Assembly (NCBI GenBank): GCA_041918795.1
Contig: JAYRUZ010000001.1
Location: 1 to 59,442 of the forward strand
Direction: 5' to 3'
DNA: 59,442 nt
DNA from: Azonexus sp.
GTDB taxonomy: Bacteria; Pseudomonadota; Gammaproteobacteria; Burkholderiales; Rhodocyclaceae
Positions 45,724 through 58,923 of this stretch are shown piece after piece (position 1 is the first letter of the stretch; each line of letters begins with the position of its first letter). Under the pieces are notes generated by a model. That model was not told the DNA's origin. It saw nothing but the letters and a program-made list of their open reading frames with translations, and ran no database searches. A program made the position numbers and the translations under genes.

Positions 45724-46698
45724 TTACGCCTTTTCCAGACCGGCGGGCGGCCAATTTTCCAGTTTCATGCCGAGGGTCAAGCCACGTGCGGCGAGCACTT
45801 CCTTGATCTCGTTCAGCGACTTGCGACCCAGGTTCGGGGTCTTGAGAAGTTCGTTCTCGGTACGCTGGATCAGATCGCCGATGTAGTAGATGTTCTCGGC
45901 CTTCAGGCAGTTCGCGGAACGAACCGTCAGTTCCAGATCATCGACCGGGCGCAGGAGCACCGGATCGACCTGGGCCGGCTTGGAAGCCTCGGCAACAGGT
46001 GCCGTGCCTTCCAAGTCAGCGAAGACAGAGAGCTGCTCCATCAGCACGCGAGCGGCGTAACGAATCGCTTCCTCCGGCTCGACTACGCCATTGGTTTCGA
46101 TGTCGACGATCAACTTATCCAGATCGGTGCGCTGTTCGACGCGAGCATTCTCGACGGCGTAGGCAACACGGCGAATCGGGCTGAACGAGGCATCCAGGAC
46201 CAGCTTGCCGATGGTCTTGGCATCGCCGAGGTTGCGCACGTTACCCGGAACGTAACCACGGCCCTTTTCGACCTTGATTTCCATTGCCAGTTTGCCACCG
46301 GTAGACAGGTTGGCGATCACGTGTTCAGGATTGATGATTTCGACGTCGTGCGGCAACTCGATGTCACCAGCACGGACGGCACCTTCGCCTTCCTTGACCA
46401 GTTTCAGGTTGACCACATCGCGGTTGTGCAGCTTGAATACGATACCCTTGAGGTTGAGAAGGATGTCGACGACATCCTCCTGTACGCCGTCAACGGTAGA
46501 GTACTCGTGCAACACGCCGTCGATCGAAACTTCGGTCGGTGCGTAACCCGGCATCGAAGACAACAGAATGCGGCGCAGCGCATTGCCCAGGGTGTGACCG
46601 TAACCGCGTTCAAACGGCTCCATGACAACCTTGGCTTGCACCGGGGAGACGCTCTGAACGTCGATGATGCGGGGTTTGAGTAGTCCACTGCTTTGCAT
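45724..46698 (-). CDS. rpoA: RNA polymerase alpha subunit
   Basis: [17 protein letters not shown]. Confidence 0.99.
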   Translation of the reverse strand: MQSSGLLKPRIIDVQSVSPVQAKVVMEPFERGYGHTLGNALRRILLSSMPGYAPTEVSIDGVLHEYSTVDGVQEDVVDILLNLKGIVFKLHNRDVVNLKLVKEGEGAVRAGDIELPHDVEIINPEHVIANLSTGGKLAMEIKVEKGRGYVPGNVRNLGDAKTIGKLVLDASFSPIRRVAYAVENARVEQRTDLDKLIVDIETNGVVEPEEAIRYAARVLMEQLSVFADLEGTAPVAEASKPAQVDPVLLRPVDDLELTVRSANCLKAENIYYIGDLIQRTENELLKTPNLGRKSLNEIKEVLAARGLTLGMKLENWPPAGLEKA

Positions 46699-46723
46699 GG
46701 GCTTAGATTCCTCTGCTCAGTGC

Positions 46724-47353
46724 TTACTTCGAATAAAGTTCGATGACCAGACCTTCGTTCAGGGTCGGCGACAGTTCGGAACGTTGCGGCATTGCCTTGA
46801 ACGTACCCTTGCCTTCCTTGACGTCGACGGAAATCCACTCCGGGAAACCGCGCGATTCAGCTGCTTCGAGAGCGGCCTTGCAACGCAGGGAAGCACGAGC
46901 ACGCTCAGTCAGTTGCACCACGTCGCCCGGCTTGACCAGGTAGGACGGGATGTTGACGCGCTTGCCGTTAACCAGAACGCCGTTGTGACGGACGACCTGA
47001 CGGGACTCGGTGCGCGAGGCGCCGAAACCCATACGGTAGGCCACGGAGTCCAGGCGGGCTTCCAGCAGCTGCAGCAGGTTTTCACCGGTCTGGCCCTTAC
47101 GGCGCTCAGCTTCGGCGAAGGTCTTGCGGAACTGGCCTTCAAGCACACCGTAGACACGACGGATTTTCTGCTTGGCACGCAGGTGAACGCCGTAGTCGGA
47201 GAGACGGGCGCCAGACTTCTGGCCGTGCTGACCAGGGGCGTACGAGCGACGTTCAATGGCGCACTTGTCGGTGTAGCACTTTTCGCCCTTCAGGAAGAGC
47301 TTCTCGCCTTCGCGGCGGCACTGACGGCATTTCGGATCGAGATTACGAGCCAC
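46724..47353 (-). CDS. rpsD: 30S ribosomal protein S4
   Basis: Sequence and synteny. Confidence 0.98.
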   Translation of the reverse strand: MARNLDPKCRQCRREGEKLFLKGEKCYTDKCAIERRSYAPGQHGQKSGARLSDYGVHLRAKQKIRRVYGVLEGQFRKTFAEAERRKGQTGENLLQLLEARLDSVAYRMGFGASRTESRQVVRHNGVLVNGKRVNIPSYLVKPGDVVQLTERARASLRCKAALEAAESRGFPEWISVDVKEGKGTFKAMPQRSELSPTLNEGLVIELYSK

Positions 47354-47365
47354 TTGTCTTTCTCC

Positions 47366-47755
47366 TTAGATACGGCGCTTCTTCGGCGGACGGCAGCCGT
47401 TATGCGGCACCGGCGTCACGTCGGAAATAGCGCTGATCTTGATACCCAGCGCATTGAGCGCACGGACCGACGATTCGCGACCCGGGCCAGGACCCTTGAT
47501 GCGAACTTCGAGGTTCTTGATGCCACATTCCTGGGCGGCCTTACCGGCAGCTTCAGCAGCGACCTGGGCAGCGAACGGGGTGGACTTACGCGAACCGCGG
47601 AAGCCGGCGCCACCGGAGGTTGCCCACGACAGGGCATTGCCCATACGGTCGGTAATGGTAATGATGGTGTTGTTGAACGAAGCGTGAATGTGGGCGATGC
47701 CCTCGGCAACGTTCTTCTTGACCTTCTTGCGAACTTTGGTAGCAGTCTTAGCCAT
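47366..47755 (-). CDS. rpsK: 30S ribosomal protein S11
   Basis: [19 protein letters not shown]. Confidence 0.98.
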   Translation of the reverse strand: MAKTATKVRKKVKKNVAEGIAHIHASFNNTIITITDRMGNALSWATSGGAGFRGSRKSTPFAAQVAAEAAGKAAQECGIKNLEVRIKGPGPGRESSVRALNALGIKISAISDVTPVPHNGCRPPKKRRI

Positions 47756-47767
47756 GTTCAGTTCCTA

Positions 47768-48130
47768 TTACTTCTTGCCAGCGATGGCCTTGCGCGGACC
47801 CTTACGGGTACGAGCGTTGGTACGGGTGCGCTGGCCACGGCAGGGCAAGCCCTTGCGGTGACGCAGGCCACGGTAGCAACCGAGGTCCATCAGACGCTTG
47901 ATGTTCATGGTGACTTCACGACGCAGGTCACCTTCAACGGTGAACTTGCCGACTTCGTCACGCAAGCGATCCATCTCTGCATCGGACAGATCTTTCATTT
48001 TGGTGGTACGACCAACACCGGCCGCATCGCAGATTTTCTGCGCGCGGGTACGGCCGATGCCGAAAATCGCGGTCAAAGCGATTTCAGCATGCTGATGGTT
48101 CGGAATGTTTACCCCTGCAATACGGGCCAT
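47768..48130 (-). CDS. rpsM: 30S ribosomal protein S13
   Basis: [10 protein letters not shown]. Confidence 0.98.
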   Translation of the reverse strand: MARIAGVNIPNHQHAEIALTAIFGIGRTRAQKICDAAGVGRTTKMKDLSDAEMDRLRDEVGKFTVEGDLRREVTMNIKRLMDLGCYRGLRHRKGLPCRGQRTRTNARTRKGPRKAIAGKK

Positions 48131-48180
48131 TGAATCACTCCAATATGTCGAAAATTAACGTATGCCGATTCGACAGGGGA

Positions 48181-48294
48181 TTAACCCTGGCGCTGCTTGT
48201 GACGCGGATCCTTGCAAATGATGCGCACGACACCCTTGCGACGGATCACCTTGCAATTGCGGCAAACGCGCTTCACTGAAGGTTGCACTTTCAT
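48181..48294 (-). CDS. rpmJ: 50S ribosomal protein L36 (not in ORF track)
   Basis: [37 protein letters not shown]. Confidence 0.97.
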   Translation of the reverse strand: MKVQPSVKRVCRNCKVIRRKGVVRIICKDPRHKQRQG

Positions 48295-48369
48295 GTTTCA
48301 CTCCTCGTCTGCGAGAGCTTGGAAGCAGCCGTGATTCCTTGCCCTGCGGTTTATTGCGTAGAGAACTTG

Positions 48370-48588
48370 TTACTTGGCGCGGAAAACGATCCGCGCTTTC
48401 GTTAAATCGTATGGGGTCAACTGCACGGTTACCTTGTCACCTGGGAGGATGCGGATGTAGTGCATACGCATCTTGCCGGAGATGAAGCCGTGCACGATGT
48501 GCCCGTTTTCCAGTTTGACCTTGAAGGTCGCATTCGGGAGGTTCTCAACAACCTCCCCCTGCATTTCGATGTAATCTTCTTTCGCCAT
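48370..48588 (-). CDS. infA: Translation initiation factor IF-1
   Basis: [11 protein letters not shown]...ISGKMR. Confidence 0.98.
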   Translation of the reverse strand: MAKEDYIEMQGEVVENLPNATFKVKLENGHIVHGFISGKMRMHYIRILPGDKVTVQLTPYDLTKARIVFRAK

Positions 48589-48594
48589 GAGTAC

Positions 48595-49917
48595 TTACTT
48601 GATCATCGGCGAACCTTTGAAGTTCGCTTTCTTCAACAGGCTCTCATACTGATGGGACATCACGTAGGCTTGCACCTGAGCCATGAAATCCATCGTCACG
48701 ACGACGATAATCAGCAGGGACGTACCACCGAAGTAGAACGGGACGTTCCACTTCAAAATCAGGAACTCTGGCAGCAGACAGACTAGCGTGATGTAGGCTG
48801 CGCCAATCAAGGTCAAGCGCATCAAAATTTTGTCGATGTAGCGAGCGGTCTGCTCACCCGGACGAATACCCGGCACGAAAGCTCCGCTCTTCTTCAGATT
48901 ATCGGCAGTCTCTTTAGAATTGAAGACGAGTGCGGTATAGAAGAAGCAGAAGAAGACGATGGCCGCGGCGTACAGCATCACGTAGATAGGCTGGCCCGGG
49001 GAAAGGGTTGCAGCGATATCCTTCAACCAGCGCATGGAATCGCTGGAGCCGAACCAACCGGCAACGGTTGCTGGGAAGAGGATGATCGACGACGCGAAGA
49101 TCGGCGGGATAACGCCAGACATATTCAGCTTGAGGGGCAGATGCGAACTCTGCCCGCCGTAAACCTTGTTACCAACCTGGCGCTTGGCGTAATTCACCAA
49201 GATCTTGCGTTGGCCGCGTTCGACGAATACCACGAATGCAGTGACCAGCACAACCAACACACAAATAAAGAGTGCCGACAGCGGGTGCATGGCGCCGGTG
49301 CGAACCAGTTCGAACAACCCCCCAATGGCATTGGGCAAGCCCGCTGCAATACCACCGAAGATGATGATCGAGATACCGTTACCCAGACCACGTTCAGTAA
49401 TCTGCTCACCAAGCCACATCAAGAACATCGTTCCGGTCAGCAGCGTAGTGACCGTCGTCAGACGGAAAACGAATCCTGGGTCAGCAACCAAACCGGGTTG
49501 CGCCTCCAATGCGACGGCAATCCCCAGCCCCTGGAACAGAGCCAGGAACACGGTGCCGTAGCGCGTGTACTGCGTAATCTTGCGACGGCCGGCCTCACCT
49601 TCCTTCTTGAGTGCCTCAAGCTGCGGGCTGGCTACGCTCATCAACTGCATGATGATCGATGCCGAGATATACGGCATGATCCCCAATGCAAAAATCGTAA
49701 AACGCGAAAGAGCACCACCTGAGAACATGTTGAACATGCCCAGGATGCCGCCCTTTTGCGAATTGAACAGATCGGCCAGAACGTTGGGATCGATACCCGG
49801 CACCGGAATGTGAGCACCGATACGATAGACGATCAGTGCTCCGAGCAGGAACCACAGACGGCGCTTAAGATCGCCGAATTTGCCACCCTTGCCAACGGTA
49901 TTGGGATTTGCAGCCAA
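48595..49917 (-). CDS. secY: Preprotein translocase SecY
   Basis: [23 protein letters not shown]. Confidence 0.98.
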   Translation of the reverse strand: MAANPNTVGKGGKFGDLKRRLWFLLGALIVYRIGAHIPVPGIDPNVLADLFNSQKGGILGMFNMFSGGALSRFTIFALGIMPYISASIIMQLMSVASPQLEALKKEGEAGRRKITQYTRYGTVFLALFQGLGIAVALEAQPGLVADPGFVFRLTTVTTLLTGTMFLMWLGEQITERGLGNGISIIIFGGIAAGLPNAIGGLFELVRTGAMHPLSALFICVLVVLVTAFVVFVERGQRKILVNYAKRQVGNKVYGGQSSHLPLKLNMSGVIPPIFASSIILFPATVAGWFGSSDSMRWLKDIAATLSPGQPIYVMLYAAAIVFFCFFYTALVFNSKETADNLKKSGAFVPGIRPGEQTARYIDKILMRLTLIGAAYITLVCLLPEFLILKWNVPFYFGGTSLLIIVVVTMDFMAQVQAYVMSHQYESLLKKANFKGSPMIK

Positions 49918-49935
49918 CGTTCTAACCTTTCTCGA

Positions 49936-50370
49936 TTACTCGGCGACAGAACCGCCGGCAGCCTCGATGGCTGCCTTTGCGCCCTTGGTCGCACCAACGC
50001 CCTTCAGAACAACCTTACGGGAGATCGCGCCGGACAGGATTACCTTGGCAGACAAGGCGTCACCCGGAACGATTCCGGCAGCTTGCAATGCCAGCAGATC
50101 GATTTCATCGACCGGCAGACGATCCAAGTCAGTCAGGCGAACTTCGTAGTTACGAGCACGAGTCAGGGAATTGAAACCGCGCTTCGGCAGACGGCGTTGC
50201 AACGGCATTTGACCGCCTTCAAAGCCCACCTTGTGGAAGCCGCCGGAACGGGATTTCTGACCCTTGTGGCCACGACCGCAGGTCTTGCCAAGGCCGGAAC
50301 CGATACCGCGACCGACGCGCTTGGCCGCCTTCTTGGAGCCTTCACCCGGCTTGATGGTATTCAAACGCAT
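49936..50370 (-). CDS. rplO: 50S ribosomal protein L15
   Basis: [15 protein letters not shown]. Confidence 0.98.
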   Translation of the reverse strand: MRLNTIKPGEGSKKAAKRVGRGIGSGLGKTCGRGHKGQKSRSGGFHKVGFEGGQMPLQRRLPKRGFNSLTRARNYEVRLTDLDRLPVDEIDLLALQAAGIVPGDALSAKVILSGAISRKVVLKGVGATKGAKAAIEAAGGSVAE

Positions 50371-50373
50371 GGT

Positions 50374-50556
50374 TTAACCCTCAACCTTAACGAGATACTG
50401 AACTTTCTGGATCATGCCGCGAACAGCCGGAGTATCCAGCAGTTCAGCAGAGCTGTTCAGTTTGCGCAGACCCAAGCCGCGCACGGTGGCGCGATGATCC
50501 TGCTTGGTACCGATGACACTCTTAACCAGCGTCACTTTGATCTTCTTGTCAGACAT
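50374..50556 (-). CDS. rpmD: 50S ribosomal protein L30
   Basis: [13 protein letters not shown]. Confidence 0.97.
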   Translation of the reverse strand: MSDKKIKVTLVKSVIGTKQDHRATVRGLGLRKLNSSAELLDTPAVRGMIQKVQYLVKVEG

Positions 50557-50560
50557 GCTC

Positions 50561-51088
50561 TTACCCCAGGATCTGATCAACCGAGAGGCCACGCTTGGCA
50601 GCGATCTCAGCCGGAGTGCAAACCTTGGACAGACCGTCGATGGTCGCACGCACGATGTTGTAGGGATTGGTCGAGCCGTGAGCCTTGGCAACCACGTTGG
50701 TCACGCCGACAACTTCGAAGACAGCACGCATAGCGCCGCCAGCGATGATGCCCGTACCTTCCGGAGCCGGCTGAATCATCACGGTAGTTGCACCATGACG
50801 GCCCATAACGGTGTGGTGCACCGTACCGTTCCTCAGGCTGACCTTGGCCATCTTGCGGCGAGCCTCTTCCATTGCCTTCTGGACAGCAACCGGCACCTCG
50901 CGGGACTTGCCCTTGCCCATGCCGATGCCACCATCACCATCGCCTACCACGGTCAGTGCAGCAAAGCCGAGAATCCGGCCGCCCTTCACCACCTTGGTGA
51001 CGCGGTTGACCGCAACCATCTTTTCGCGCAAACCGTCGTCGCGCTCTTCAGCCTGTTGCGGCTTCTTGTTTCTTTCAGGTTTAGCCAT
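50561..51088 (-). CDS. rpsE: 30S ribosomal protein S5
   Basis: [11 protein letters not shown]. Confidence 0.98.
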   Translation of the reverse strand: MAKPERNKKPQQAEERDDGLREKMVAVNRVTKVVKGGRILGFAALTVVGDGDGGIGMGKGKSREVPVAVQKAMEEARRKMAKVSLRNGTVHHTVMGRHGATTVMIQPAPEGTGIIAGGAMRAVFEVVGVTNVVAKAHGSTNPYNIVRATIDGLSKVCTPAEIAAKRGLSVDQILG

Positions 51089-51115
51089 TTCTTAACCTCG
51101 TCCTTTCGCCGTCGG

Positions 51116-51472
51116 TTAGAACTTCAGGCCGCTTTCACGCGCAGCTTCAGCAAGCGCCTGAACACGACCGTGGTACTGGAGACCGGAACGATCAAAAGCC
51201 ACCTGCTCGACACCGGCGGCTTTAGCGCGCTCGGCGATCAGCTTGCCGATAGCGGCAGCAGCGGCCTTGTTGCCACCGTTTGCAACGGTGCCGCGAACAT
51301 CCTTGTCCAGAGTGGAAGCCGAAGCCAGAACCTTACCGCCGCAAGGCGAAATGATCTGGGCGTAAATGTGGCAATTCGTACGATTAACGCACAGCCGCAC
51401 GGCCTTGAGCTCGGCGATTTTGGCCCGGGTTTTGCGGGCACGACGCAAACGCGCTTCTTTCTTGTTAAACAT
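51116..51472 (-). CDS. rplR: 50S ribosomal protein L18
   Basis: [12 protein letters not shown]. Confidence 0.98.
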   Translation of the reverse strand: MFNKKEARLRRARKTRAKIAELKAVRLCVNRTNCHIYAQIISPCGGKVLASASTLDKDVRGTVANGGNKAAAAAIGKLIAERAKAAGVEQVAFDRSGLQYHGRVQALAEAARESGLKF

Positions 51473-51481
51473 ATGCCACCT

Positions 51482-52012
51482 TTACTTCTTCTTGGTTTCC
51501 TTGATAACCACCACTTCGTCGGCATAGCGAACGCCCTTACCCTTATAGGGCTCCGGCTTGCGATATGCACGAATTTCGGCAGCCACCTGGCCGACTTGCT
51601 GCTTGTCGGCACCCTTGACGACGATTTCCGTCTGGGTCGGACATTCGACCTTCACGCCAGCTGGCATCTTGTGCGCAACCGGATGAGAAAAGCCGAGGGT
51701 CAGGTTCAAGGTGTCGCCAGCGGCTTGGGCACGATAGCCCACGCCAACCAACTGCAGCTTCTTTTCAAAGCCCTTGGAGACACCAGTCACCATGTTGTTA
51801 AGGTTGGCGCGCATCGTCCCCCACATTGCAGCGGCGTTCGCAGCACCATCAACCTTCGAGACCGAGATGTTCTGACCTTCCACAGCCACCAGGACAGCCG
51901 GATGAGCGGCGGTCTTCAGGGTCCCCAGGGGGCCCTTGATGGTGATCTGATCTGCGACGGTGATTTCAACACCGGCCGGCAGAACGATAGGATTCTTACC
52001 AATACGAGACAT
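51482..52012 (-). CDS. rplF: 50S ribosomal protein L6
   Basis: MSRIGK...[11 protein letters not shown]. Confidence 0.98.
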   Translation of the reverse strand: MSRIGKNPIVLPAGVEITVADQITIKGPLGTLKTAAHPAVLVAVEGQNISVSKVDGAANAAAMWGTMRANLNNMVTGVSKGFEKKLQLVGVGYRAQAAGDTLNLTLGFSHPVAHKMPAGVKVECPTQTEIVVKGADKQQVGQVAAEIRAYRKPEPYKGKGVRYADEVVVIKETKKK

Positions 52013-52025
52013 CTTCGTTCGCTCC

Positions 52026-52421
52026 TTAGGCCACGATGCACAGAACTTCGCCGCCAACATTGTTGGCACGAGCCTTGCGGTCGGTCATAACACCCTTCGG
52101 CGTCGAAACGATGGCCACACCCAGACCGTTCATGACACGCGGAATGTCTTCACTGGCCTTGTAAATACGCAGGCCGGGCTTGGAAACACGTTCGATGCGC
52201 TCGATAACCGGACGACCGGCATAGTACTTCAGCGCGATATCGAGCGTAGCTTTGCCGTCAGCTTGACGAACTGCGAAGTTGTCGACGTAACCCTCATCCT
52301 TCAGAACGGTAGCGATTGCAACCTTCAGTTTGGACGACGGCATGGAGACAGACGCCTTTTCGGCGAGCTGGGCGTTGCGGATGCGAGTCAGCATGTCCGC
52401 GATCGGATCGCTCATAGCCAT
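52026..52421 (-). CDS. rpsH: 30S ribosomal protein S8
   Basis: [12 protein letters not shown]. Confidence 0.98.
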   Translation of the reverse strand: MAMSDPIADMLTRIRNAQLAEKASVSMPSSKLKVAIATVLKDEGYVDNFAVRQADGKATLDIALKYYAGRPVIERIERVSKPGLRIYKASEDIPRVMNGLGVAIVSTPKGVMTDRKARANNVGGEVLCIVA

Positions 52422-52435
52422 TTCTGTATCTCCTA

Positions 52436-52741
52436 TTACCAGCTGGCCTTAACAACACCCGGAATTTCGCCGTTGAAGGCGAGCTCACGGATCTTGTTGC
52501 GGCACAGACCAAATTTGCGGAAAACACCACGCGGACGACCGGTCAGCTGGCAGCGATTGCGCAGACGAGACGGGCTGGAATTGCGCGGCAGAGCCTGCAG
52601 CTTCAAACGAGCTTCGTAACGCTCCTCGTCAGACAGGCTAGCGTCGTTGATGATCGCCTCAAGGGCAGCACGCTTCTTTGCATACTGAGCCACCAGCTTG
52701 CGGCGCTTCTCTTCACGGTTGATCAGAGCAAGTTTTGCCAT
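52436..52741 (-). CDS. rpsN: 30S ribosomal protein S14
   Basis: [12 protein letters not shown]. Confidence 0.98.
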   Translation of the reverse strand: MAKLALINREEKRRKLVAQYAKKRAALEAIINDASLSDEERYEARLKLQALPRNSSPSRLRNRCQLTGRPRGVFRKFGLCRNKIRELAFNGEIPGVVKASW

Positions 52742-52748
52742 GATTGCC

Positions 52749-53288
52749 TCAATTCTTGAACGGGAACTTGAACGCGGAGAGCAGAGCCTTGGCTTCTGCG
52801 TCGTTCTTCGCGGTCGTAGTGATGCTGATGTTCATACCACGGAGAGCATCGATCTTGTCGTACTCAATTTCCGGGAAGATGATCTGCTCTTTGACACCCA
52901 TGTTGTAGTTACCCTGGCCATCGAAACCCTTGCCGGAGATACCACGGAAGTCACGAACACGCGGCAGCGCAATGGTGATCAAACGATCGAGGAACTCGAA
53001 CATGCGCGGACCGCGCAAGGTAACCATGCAACCAATCGGGTAGCCGTCACGAATCTTGAAGCCAGCGATGGACTTGCGAGCCTTCGTAGTAACAACCTTT
53101 TGACCGGCAATCTTCTGCATGTCACCAACGGCGTTCTCGAGAACCTTCTTGTCAGCGACGGCCTCACCAACACCCATATTCAGAGTGATCTTGGTGATGC
53201 GCGGAACTTCCATCACGGACTTGTAGCCAAACTGCTTCGTCAGTTCGGTGACAACATTGTCTTTGTAAAACTGTTGCAAACGCGCCAT
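52749..53288 (-). CDS. rplE: 50S ribosomal protein L5
   Basis: LPRVRDFRG. Confidence 0.98.
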   Translation of the reverse strand: MARLQQFYKDNVVTELTKQFGYKSVMEVPRITKITLNMGVGEAVADKKVLENAVGDMQKIAGQKVVTTKARKSIAGFKIRDGYPIGCMVTLRGPRMFEFLDRLITIALPRVRDFRGISGKGFDGQGNYNMGVKEQIIFPEIEYDKIDALRGMNISITTTAKNDAEAKALLSAFKFPFKN

Positions 53289-53297
53289 GACTACCCC

Positions 53298-53615
53298 TTA
53301 TGCGTTCACCAGCTCGCCGTTCGACTTGAACACGCGAACCTTGCGACCATCTTCCAGGGACTTGAAGCCGACACGATCAGCCTTCTTGGTCGCCGGATTG
53401 AACAGCGCAACATTGGAGATATGGATCGGCATGTCTTTTTCAACGATGCCACCAGCCACGCCCTTGATCGGGTTCGGCTTGACGTGCTTTTTCGCACGAT
53501 TCACACCCTCGACCACAACGCGCTGCTCATCGACGCGAGCCAGCACAACACCGCGCTTACCCTTGTCCTTACCGGTAATGACAACGACTTCGTCACCCTT
53601 ACGAATCTTTTCCAT
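53298..53615 (-). CDS. rplX: 50S ribosomal protein L24
   Basis: [14 protein letters not shown]. Confidence 0.98.
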   Translation of the reverse strand: MEKIRKGDEVVVITGKDKGKRGVVLARVDEQRVVVEGVNRAKKHVKPNPIKGVAGGIVEKDMPIHISNVALFNPATKKADRVGFKSLEDGRKVRVFKSNGELVNA

Positions 53616-53624
53616 CTCGCCTCC

Positions 53625-53993
53625 TTACAGAACTTCCGGAGCCAGCGACACGATCTTCATGAAGCGCTCGGTACGCAGTTCGCGGGTCACCGGGCCAAAG
53701 ATGCGCGTGCCAATCGGCTCGAGCTTGCCATTGAGAAGGACGGCGGCATTGCCATCGAAACGCACCAAGGAACCATCCGGACGACGCACACCCTTAGCGG
53801 TACGAACGACAACAGCGTTGTACACATCGCCCTTCTTGACGCGACCACGCGGCGCAGCATCCTTGATGCTGACCTTGATGATGTCGCCAATGCCGGCGTA
53901 ACGGCGCTTGGATCCACCGAGGACCTTGATACACATTACCGAACGCGCACCGGTGTTATCGGCGACGTCCAGAATCGTCTGCATCTGAATCAT
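53625..53993 (-). CDS. rplN: 50S ribosomal protein L14
   Basis: VADNTGA...SLAPEVL. Confidence 0.98.
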   Translation of the reverse strand: MIQMQTILDVADNTGARSVMCIKVLGGSKRRYAGIGDIIKVSIKDAAPRGRVKKGDVYNAVVVRTAKGVRRPDGSLVRFDGNAAVLLNGKLEPIGTRIFGPVTRELRTERFMKIVSLAPEVL

Positions 53994-54086
53994 TTAAATA
54001 AACTCCAACTTAATCCGCCAAAGCGGTCAGTCTTGGAACCCGTACGGGTCGAAACATCTTCGCAGCACGCACGAACGGCACGCCGC

Positions 54087-54131
54087 AAAAAAAGAAGCCG
54101 GATTATACCGGCTTCTTTTCAATCAATGCAA
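54087..54131 (-). promoter_or_regulatory. Terminator hairpin after rpsQ overlapping the spc-operon promoter
   Basis: AAAAGAAGCCGG-ATTATA-CCGGCTTCTTTT; minus-strand TTGCAT-18-TATAAT with the -10 in the loop. Confidence 0.7.
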
Positions 54132-54144
54132 GCACTTTTTCTTG

Positions 54145-54411
54145 TCAAACGACAATGGCCTTTTCCAGAACCGTGGTCACAGCCCAAGCCTTCGTACGAG
54201 AGACCGGACGGGTCTCAACGATTTCAACCAGGTCACCCGCCTTGGCGGTGTTACCTTCGTTGTGGGCGTGATACTTCTTGGAACGAACCATCACCTTGCC
54301 GTACATCGGGTGCTTGACCTTACGTTCGACCAGGACGGTGACGGTCTTGTCCATCTTGTCGCTGACCACGCGACCGATCAGCGTGCGCTTGATAGTGGTG
54401 GTTTCGCTCAT
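54145..54411 (-). CDS. rpsQ: 30S ribosomal protein S17
   Basis: [11 protein letters not shown]. Confidence 0.98.
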   Translation of the reverse strand: MSETTTIKRTLIGRVVSDKMDKTVTVLVERKVKHPMYGKVMVRSKKYHAHNEGNTAKAGDLVEIVETRPVSRTKAWAVTTVLEKAIVV

Positions 54412-54602
54412 TGCTGCACCGCCTTTTCACGAATGAGGGTGCGAACACGCGCAATGTCGCGACGCACCTTGGAGATTTGGCTGGTATTGGACAGCTGTTG
54501 CGTAGCCAGTTGCATACGCAGGCCGAATTGGGCCTTCAGCAGGTCCAGCAGTTCCTTGTTGAGCTCGTCCACGCTCTTGGTTCTCAGTTCACTAGCTTTC
54601 AT
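54408..54602 (-). CDS. rpmC: 50S ribosomal protein L29
   Basis: MKASELR...RRDIAR. Confidence 0.98.
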   Translation of the reverse strand: MKASELRTKSVDELNKELLDLLKAQFGLRMQLATQQLSNTSQISKVRRDIARVRTLIREKAVQQ

Positions 54603-54604
54603 GA

Positions 54605-55018
54605 TTACCCCAGATGACGAGTCACAAAGGTGGTGGAAATCGGCAACTTGGCGGCCGCCAGGGCAAACGCCTCGCGAGCCAGAGCCTCATTCACACCATC
54701 CATTTCGTACAGGACTTTGCCCGGCTGGATTTCGGCAACCCAGTACTCCGGATTACCCTTACCGTTACCCATACGCACTTCGGCCGGCTTCTTGGAAATC
54801 GGCTTGTCCGGGAAAATACGGATCCAGATACGGCCGCCACGCTTGATGTGACGAGTCATGGCACGACGAGCGGCCTCAATCTGACGCGCAGTCAGACGAC
54901 CACGCCCGGTTGCCTTCAAGCCCCACTCACCGAAGGAGACTTTGGTACCACGAGTGGCTAAGCCCTCGTTACGACCTTTGTGCTCCTTGCGGAATTTGCG
55001 ACGATTAGGTTGCAGCAT
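54605..55018 (-). CDS. rplP: 50S ribosomal protein L16
   Basis: MLQP...RMGNGKG. Confidence 0.98.
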   Translation of the reverse strand: MLQPNRRKFRKEHKGRNEGLATRGTKVSFGEWGLKATGRGRLTARQIEAARRAMTRHIKRGGRIWIRIFPDKPISKKPAEVRMGNGKGNPEYWVAEIQPGKVLYEMDGVNEALAREAFALAAAKLPISTTFVTRHLG

Positions 55019-55019
55019 A

Positions 55020-55802
55020 TTAAGCACCTGCCTTTCTTACGCGCTTGGCCGGAGCTTCGCCATCGGCTTTCTTAACCGTGCGAGTGCGCGGCTTATCGCC
55101 TTCAGGCTTACCCGGTGCGCGACGCGGACGACGCTCGTCGGCTGCAGGCTCATCTGCTGCCGGCTGCTCGTTACGATCGAGCATGTCACCCTTGTAGACC
55201 CAAACCTTGATACCGATGATGCCGTAAGTGGTAAGCGCTTCGGAAGTTGCGTAATCGATGTCAGCACGCAGGGTGTGCAACGGCACACGGCCTTCGCGAT
55301 ACCATTCACTACGAGCGATTTCCGCACCATTGAGGCGACCAGCGCTCATGACCTTGATACCTTGAGCACCGAGGCGCATAGCATTCTGCATCGCACGCTT
55401 CATGGCGCGACGGAACATGATGCGCTTCTCAAGCTGCTGAGCGATCGAATCGGCGATCAACTGGGCATCGAGTTCCGGCTTGCGGATTTCTTCGATCGAC
55501 ACATGAACGGGAACGCCCATGATGCGCTGAAGATCGGAACGCAGGGTTTCGATATCCTCGCCCTTCTTACCGATAACAACGCCCGGACGGGCGGAGTAAA
55601 CGGTGACGCGGGCATTCTTTGCCGGACGTTCGATGAGAACGCGACCCACCGAGGCGTGAGCGAGCTTGCGCTTCAGGTATTCGCGAACCTTAACATCTTC
55701 CTTCAGCATGCCCGGGAAATCCTTGCTGCTGGCGTACCAGCGGGAATTCCAGTTCTTGGTGACGGCCAGACGGAAGCCAGTCGGATGAATTTTCTGTCCC
55801 AT
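55020..55802 (-). CDS. rpsC: 30S ribosomal protein S3
   Basis: [12 protein letters not shown]. Confidence 0.98.
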   Translation of the reverse strand: MGQKIHPTGFRLAVTKNWNSRWYASSKDFPGMLKEDVKVREYLKRKLAHASVGRVLIERPAKNARVTVYSARPGVVIGKKGEDIETLRSDLQRIMGVPVHVSIEEIRKPELDAQLIADSIAQQLEKRIMFRRAMKRAMQNAMRLGAQGIKVMSAGRLNGAEIARSEWYREGRVPLHTLRADIDYATSEALTTYGIIGIKVWVYKGDMLDRNEQPAADEPAADERRPRRAPGKPEGDKPRTRTVKKADGEAPAKRVRKAGA

Positions 55803-55811
55803 GGCTCTTCC

Positions 55812-56141
55812 TTAGTTACCAACGGTCAGATAGATATGGCAGGTCGGCTTGGAAATCCGATTGCCACGACCCTTGGCGCGCGCGGTAAAACGCTTCAGCA
55901 CCATGCCTTTTTCGACGTAGATGGTTTTCACCTTCAGTTCGTCGATATCGGCACCATCGTTGTGCTCGGCGTTGGCAATTGCCGATTCCAGCACTTTTTT
56001 AACGATACCAGCGCCCTTTTTAGGGCAGAAAGCCAGGATGTTAAGAGCCTGACCAACCGGCTTGCCGCGCACGAGATCCGCAACCAAGCGGCCTTTTTGC
56101 GCAGAGAGGCGAACGCCTCGCAGACTTGCACGAGTTTCCAT
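55812..56141 (-). CDS. rplV: 50S ribosomal protein L22
   Basis: SAIANAEHN. Confidence 0.98.
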   Translation of the reverse strand: METRASLRGVRLSAQKGRLVADLVRGKPVGQALNILAFCPKKGAGIVKKVLESAIANAEHNDGADIDELKVKTIYVEKGMVLKRFTARAKGRGNRISKPTCHIYLTVGN

Positions 56142-56150
56142 GTCAGCTCC

Positions 56151-56426
56151 TTACTTCTTGGCCTTCTTGCCGGCGGTGTGACCCTTGAACGTACGGGTCA
56201 GCGAGAACTCGCCGAGCTTGTGACCGACCATATTCTCGGTAACGAATACCGGGATATGCTGCTTGCCATTGTGGACCGCAATCGTCAGACCGATGAACTC
56301 GGGGAGGATCGTTGAACGACGCGACCAGGTCTTGATCGGGCGCTTGTCATTGGTTGCGCGAACAGCTTCGACCTTGGAGATCAAATGCGCATCAATAAAC
56401 GGGCCCTTTTTGAGAGAACGTCCCAT
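56151..56426 (-). CDS. rpsS: 30S ribosomal protein S19
   Basis: RSLKKGPF. Confidence 0.98.
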   Translation of the reverse strand: MGRSLKKGPFIDAHLISKVEAVRATNDKRPIKTWSRRSTILPEFIGLTIAVHNGKQHIPVFVTENMVGHKLGEFSLTRTFKGHTAGKKAKK

Positions 56427-56436
56427 TTCCTACCCC

Positions 56437-57264
56437 TTAACGCTTATGACGGCGCTGAACGATCATGCTGTTCGTGCGCTTGTTGCTGCGGGTGCGATAA
56501 CCCTTGGTGGGCTGACCCCACGGGTTAACCGGCACGCGACCTTCACCAGTCTTGCCTTCACCACCACCATGCGGGTGATCGATCGGGTTCATCGCCGTAC
56601 CGCGAACGGTCGGACGGATACCACGCCAGCGCTGAGCGCCAGCCTTACCGATCTTGCGAAGATTGTTTTCTTCGTTACCGACTTCACCGATGGTAGCGCG
56701 ACACTCGACGTGCACGCGGCGTACTTCACCGGAGCGGAGGCGAATCTGGGCATACGAGCCTTCACGCGCCAACAGCTGAACCGAGGTACCGGCCGAGCGA
56801 GCAATCTGAGCACCCTTGCCAGGCATCATTTCCACACAGCAGATCGTGGTACCGACCGGAATATTGCGAATCGGCAATGCATTGCCCGACTTGATCGGAG
56901 CCTCGGAACCGCTCATGATCTGCTGACCGACAACCATGCCTTTGTTGGCAATGATGTAGCGGCGCTCGCCGTCGGCGTAGCAAACCAAGGCAATGTTCGC
57001 GGTGCGGTTAGGATCGTACTCAAGACGCTCAACCTTGGCCGGGATACCGTCCTTGTTGCGCTTGAAATCGACCAGGCGATAAGCCTGCTTATGACCACCG
57101 CCCTGATGACGAACGGTAATGCGACCGTTATTGTTACGACCGGCATTCTTAGCCTGAGACTCGACGAGACCAGCAAACGGCTTACCCTTGTGCAGATTGG
57201 GATTTACAACCTGAACAACAGCACGACGACCCGGGGAGGTAGGTTTGACTTTAACGAGAGCCAT
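56437..57264 (-). CDS. rplB: 50S ribosomal protein L2
   Basis: [13 protein letters not shown]. Confidence 0.98.
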   Translation of the reverse strand: MALVKVKPTSPGRRAVVQVVNPNLHKGKPFAGLVESQAKNAGRNNNGRITVRHQGGGHKQAYRLVDFKRNKDGIPAKVERLEYDPNRTANIALVCYADGERRYIIANKGMVVGQQIMSGSEAPIKSGNALPIRNIPVGTTICCVEMMPGKGAQIARSAGTSVQLLAREGSYAQIRLRSGEVRRVHVECRATIGEVGNEENNLRKIGKAGAQRWRGIRPTVRGTAMNPIDHPHGGGEGKTGEGRVPVNPWGQPTKGYRTRSNKRTNSMIVQRRHKR

Positions 57265-57572
57265 TATGCGTTACCCCCTTCGACGAAGTTGATCTCCTGC
57301 CCTGGCTTGAGGCTGACAAAAGCCTTTTTCCAGCCCTTGCGGCGACCAGCGGCACCACGGAAGCGCTTGACCTTACCCTTAACGTTGGCAACTTGAACGC
57401 CTTGCACTTCCACCTTGAACAACAGCTCGACCGCAGCCTTGATTTCCGGCTTGGTTGCGTCGGAAGCAACACGGAAAACAACCTGCTCGTACTTATCGGC
57501 AACAAACGTCGCCTTTTCGGAGATTTGCGGCGCCAAAAGCACCTGCATCAGACGTTCCTGGTTCATCCCCAC
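57264..57572 (-). CDS. rplW: 50S ribosomal protein L23
   Basis: [11 protein letters not shown]. Confidence 0.97.
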   Translation of the reverse strand: MGMNQERLMQVLLAPQISEKATFVADKYEQVVFRVASDATKPEIKAAVELLFKVEVQGVQVANVKGKVKRFRGAAGRRKGWKKAFVSLKPGQEINFVEGGNA

Positions 57573-58186
57573 ATCTCCTCGAACTTGGCCACAGCATTCT
57601 TGGTAACCAGAACCTTACCGAAGCGAACCAGTGAGACCGGATCAGCTTCTTGGGCTTCCAGGACCAAAACATTGGGCAGATTGCGCGAAGAGAGATAGAG
57701 GTTTTCGTTCAACTCATCGGTAACGACGAGAACGCTACCCTCAAGCCCCATACCCTTCAACTTCTGGGCAAACAGCTTGGTCTTCGGCGCATCAACGGAA
57801 AGATCATCAACCACAACCAGACGATCCTGACGAGCCAGCTCGGAGAGGATGGTGGCCATACCGGCACGGAACATCTTCTTGTTGACCTTCTGGCTGTAAT
57901 TTTGCTCGGGCGAATTCGGGAAAATCCGACCGCCCCCACGCCACAGCGGGCTACCGTTGGAACCAGCACGAGCACGACCGGTGCCCTTCTGACGCCACGG
58001 CTTGGTGGTGGTGTGACGGACCTCGGAACGATCCTTTTGCTTGGAGTCAGCAGAACGCGCGTTGGCCTGATAAGCAACGACGATCTGGTGCACCAGAGCC
58101 TCGTTGAAATCACGACCGAACAGCACATCGGAAGCCTGCAGCTTCGCCGCTTCCTGACCCTGTTCGTTAATAACTTTCAGCTCCAT
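57563..58186 (-). CDS. rplD: 50S ribosomal protein L4
   Basis: [14 protein letters not shown]. Confidence 0.98.
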   Translation of the reverse strand: MELKVINEQGQEAAKLQASDVLFGRDFNEALVHQIVVAYQANARSADSKQKDRSEVRHTTTKPWRQKGTGRARAGSNGSPLWRGGGRIFPNSPEQNYSQKVNKKMFRAGMATILSELARQDRLVVVDDLSVDAPKTKLFAQKLKGMGLEGSVLVVTDELNENLYLSSRNLPNVLVLEAQEADPVSLVRFGKVLVTKNAVAKFEEMWG

Positions 58187-58195
58187 GACGCCCCC

Positions 58196-58834
58196 TTAAG
58201 CCTTAACCGCCGGACGCACGACGACGTCGGAACCCTTGGCACCCGGAACAGCACCCTTGACCAGCAGCAACTGGCGCTCGGCATCCACACGAACGACAGT
58301 CAGACCCTGAGTAGTGGTTTTCACATCACCAAGATGACCGGCCATGCGCTTACCCGGGAAAACACGACCCGGATCTTGAGCCATACCGATGGAACCCGGC
58401 GCATTATGCGAAACGGAGTTACCATGCGAAGCACGGTTGGAGCTGAAGTTGTGGCGTTTGATACCACCCTGGAAACCCTTACCAATCGAGGTACCGGTCA
58501 CATCCACCTTCTGACCTTCAGAGAAGATAGTGACGGCAACCTGATCACCCGCCTTCAGATTGGCAAGCTGATCAGCCTCAATACGGAATTCCTTGAGCAC
58601 GTGCCCGGCTTCCACTGCAGCCTTGGCCAGATGACCAGCTGCAGGCTTGGAAACACGAGAGGCACGGCGCGAGCCGAAAGTAACCTGAACGGCTGCGTAG
58701 CCATCGGTTTCCGGCGTTTTGACTTGGGTCACGCGGTTGTTCGACACGTCAAGCACCGTCACCGGGATGGAAACTCCATCCTCAGCAAAGATGCGAGTCA
58801 TGCCGACCTTGCGACCAACAAGGCCTAGACTCAT
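58196..58834 (-). CDS. rplC: 50S ribosomal protein L3
   Basis: GRKVGMT, GKGFQG. Confidence 0.98.
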   Translation of the reverse strand: MSLGLVGRKVGMTRIFAEDGVSIPVTVLDVSNNRVTQVKTPETDGYAAVQVTFGSRRASRVSKPAAGHLAKAAVEAGHVLKEFRIEADQLANLKAGDQVAVTIFSEGQKVDVTGTSIGKGFQGGIKRHNFSSNRASHGNSVSHNAPGSIGMAQDPGRVFPGKRMAGHLGDVKTTTQGLTVVRVDAERQLLLVKGAVPGAKGSDVVVRPAVKA

Positions 58835-58923
58835 GGTTATTCTCCTCATCGCCGGCTGCGATTGGCCGGCCGATGTAAAACAACAAATGGGCAGCCGTGA
58901 CCGGCCACCCCCGAAAGGCGCGG

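Noticed and set aside
46664-58828. Several long plus-strand ORFs (489, 528, 539, 457, 377, 392 aa) over the ribosomal cluster
   Set aside because: Shadows of strongly codon-biased ribosomal protein genes on the minus strand.
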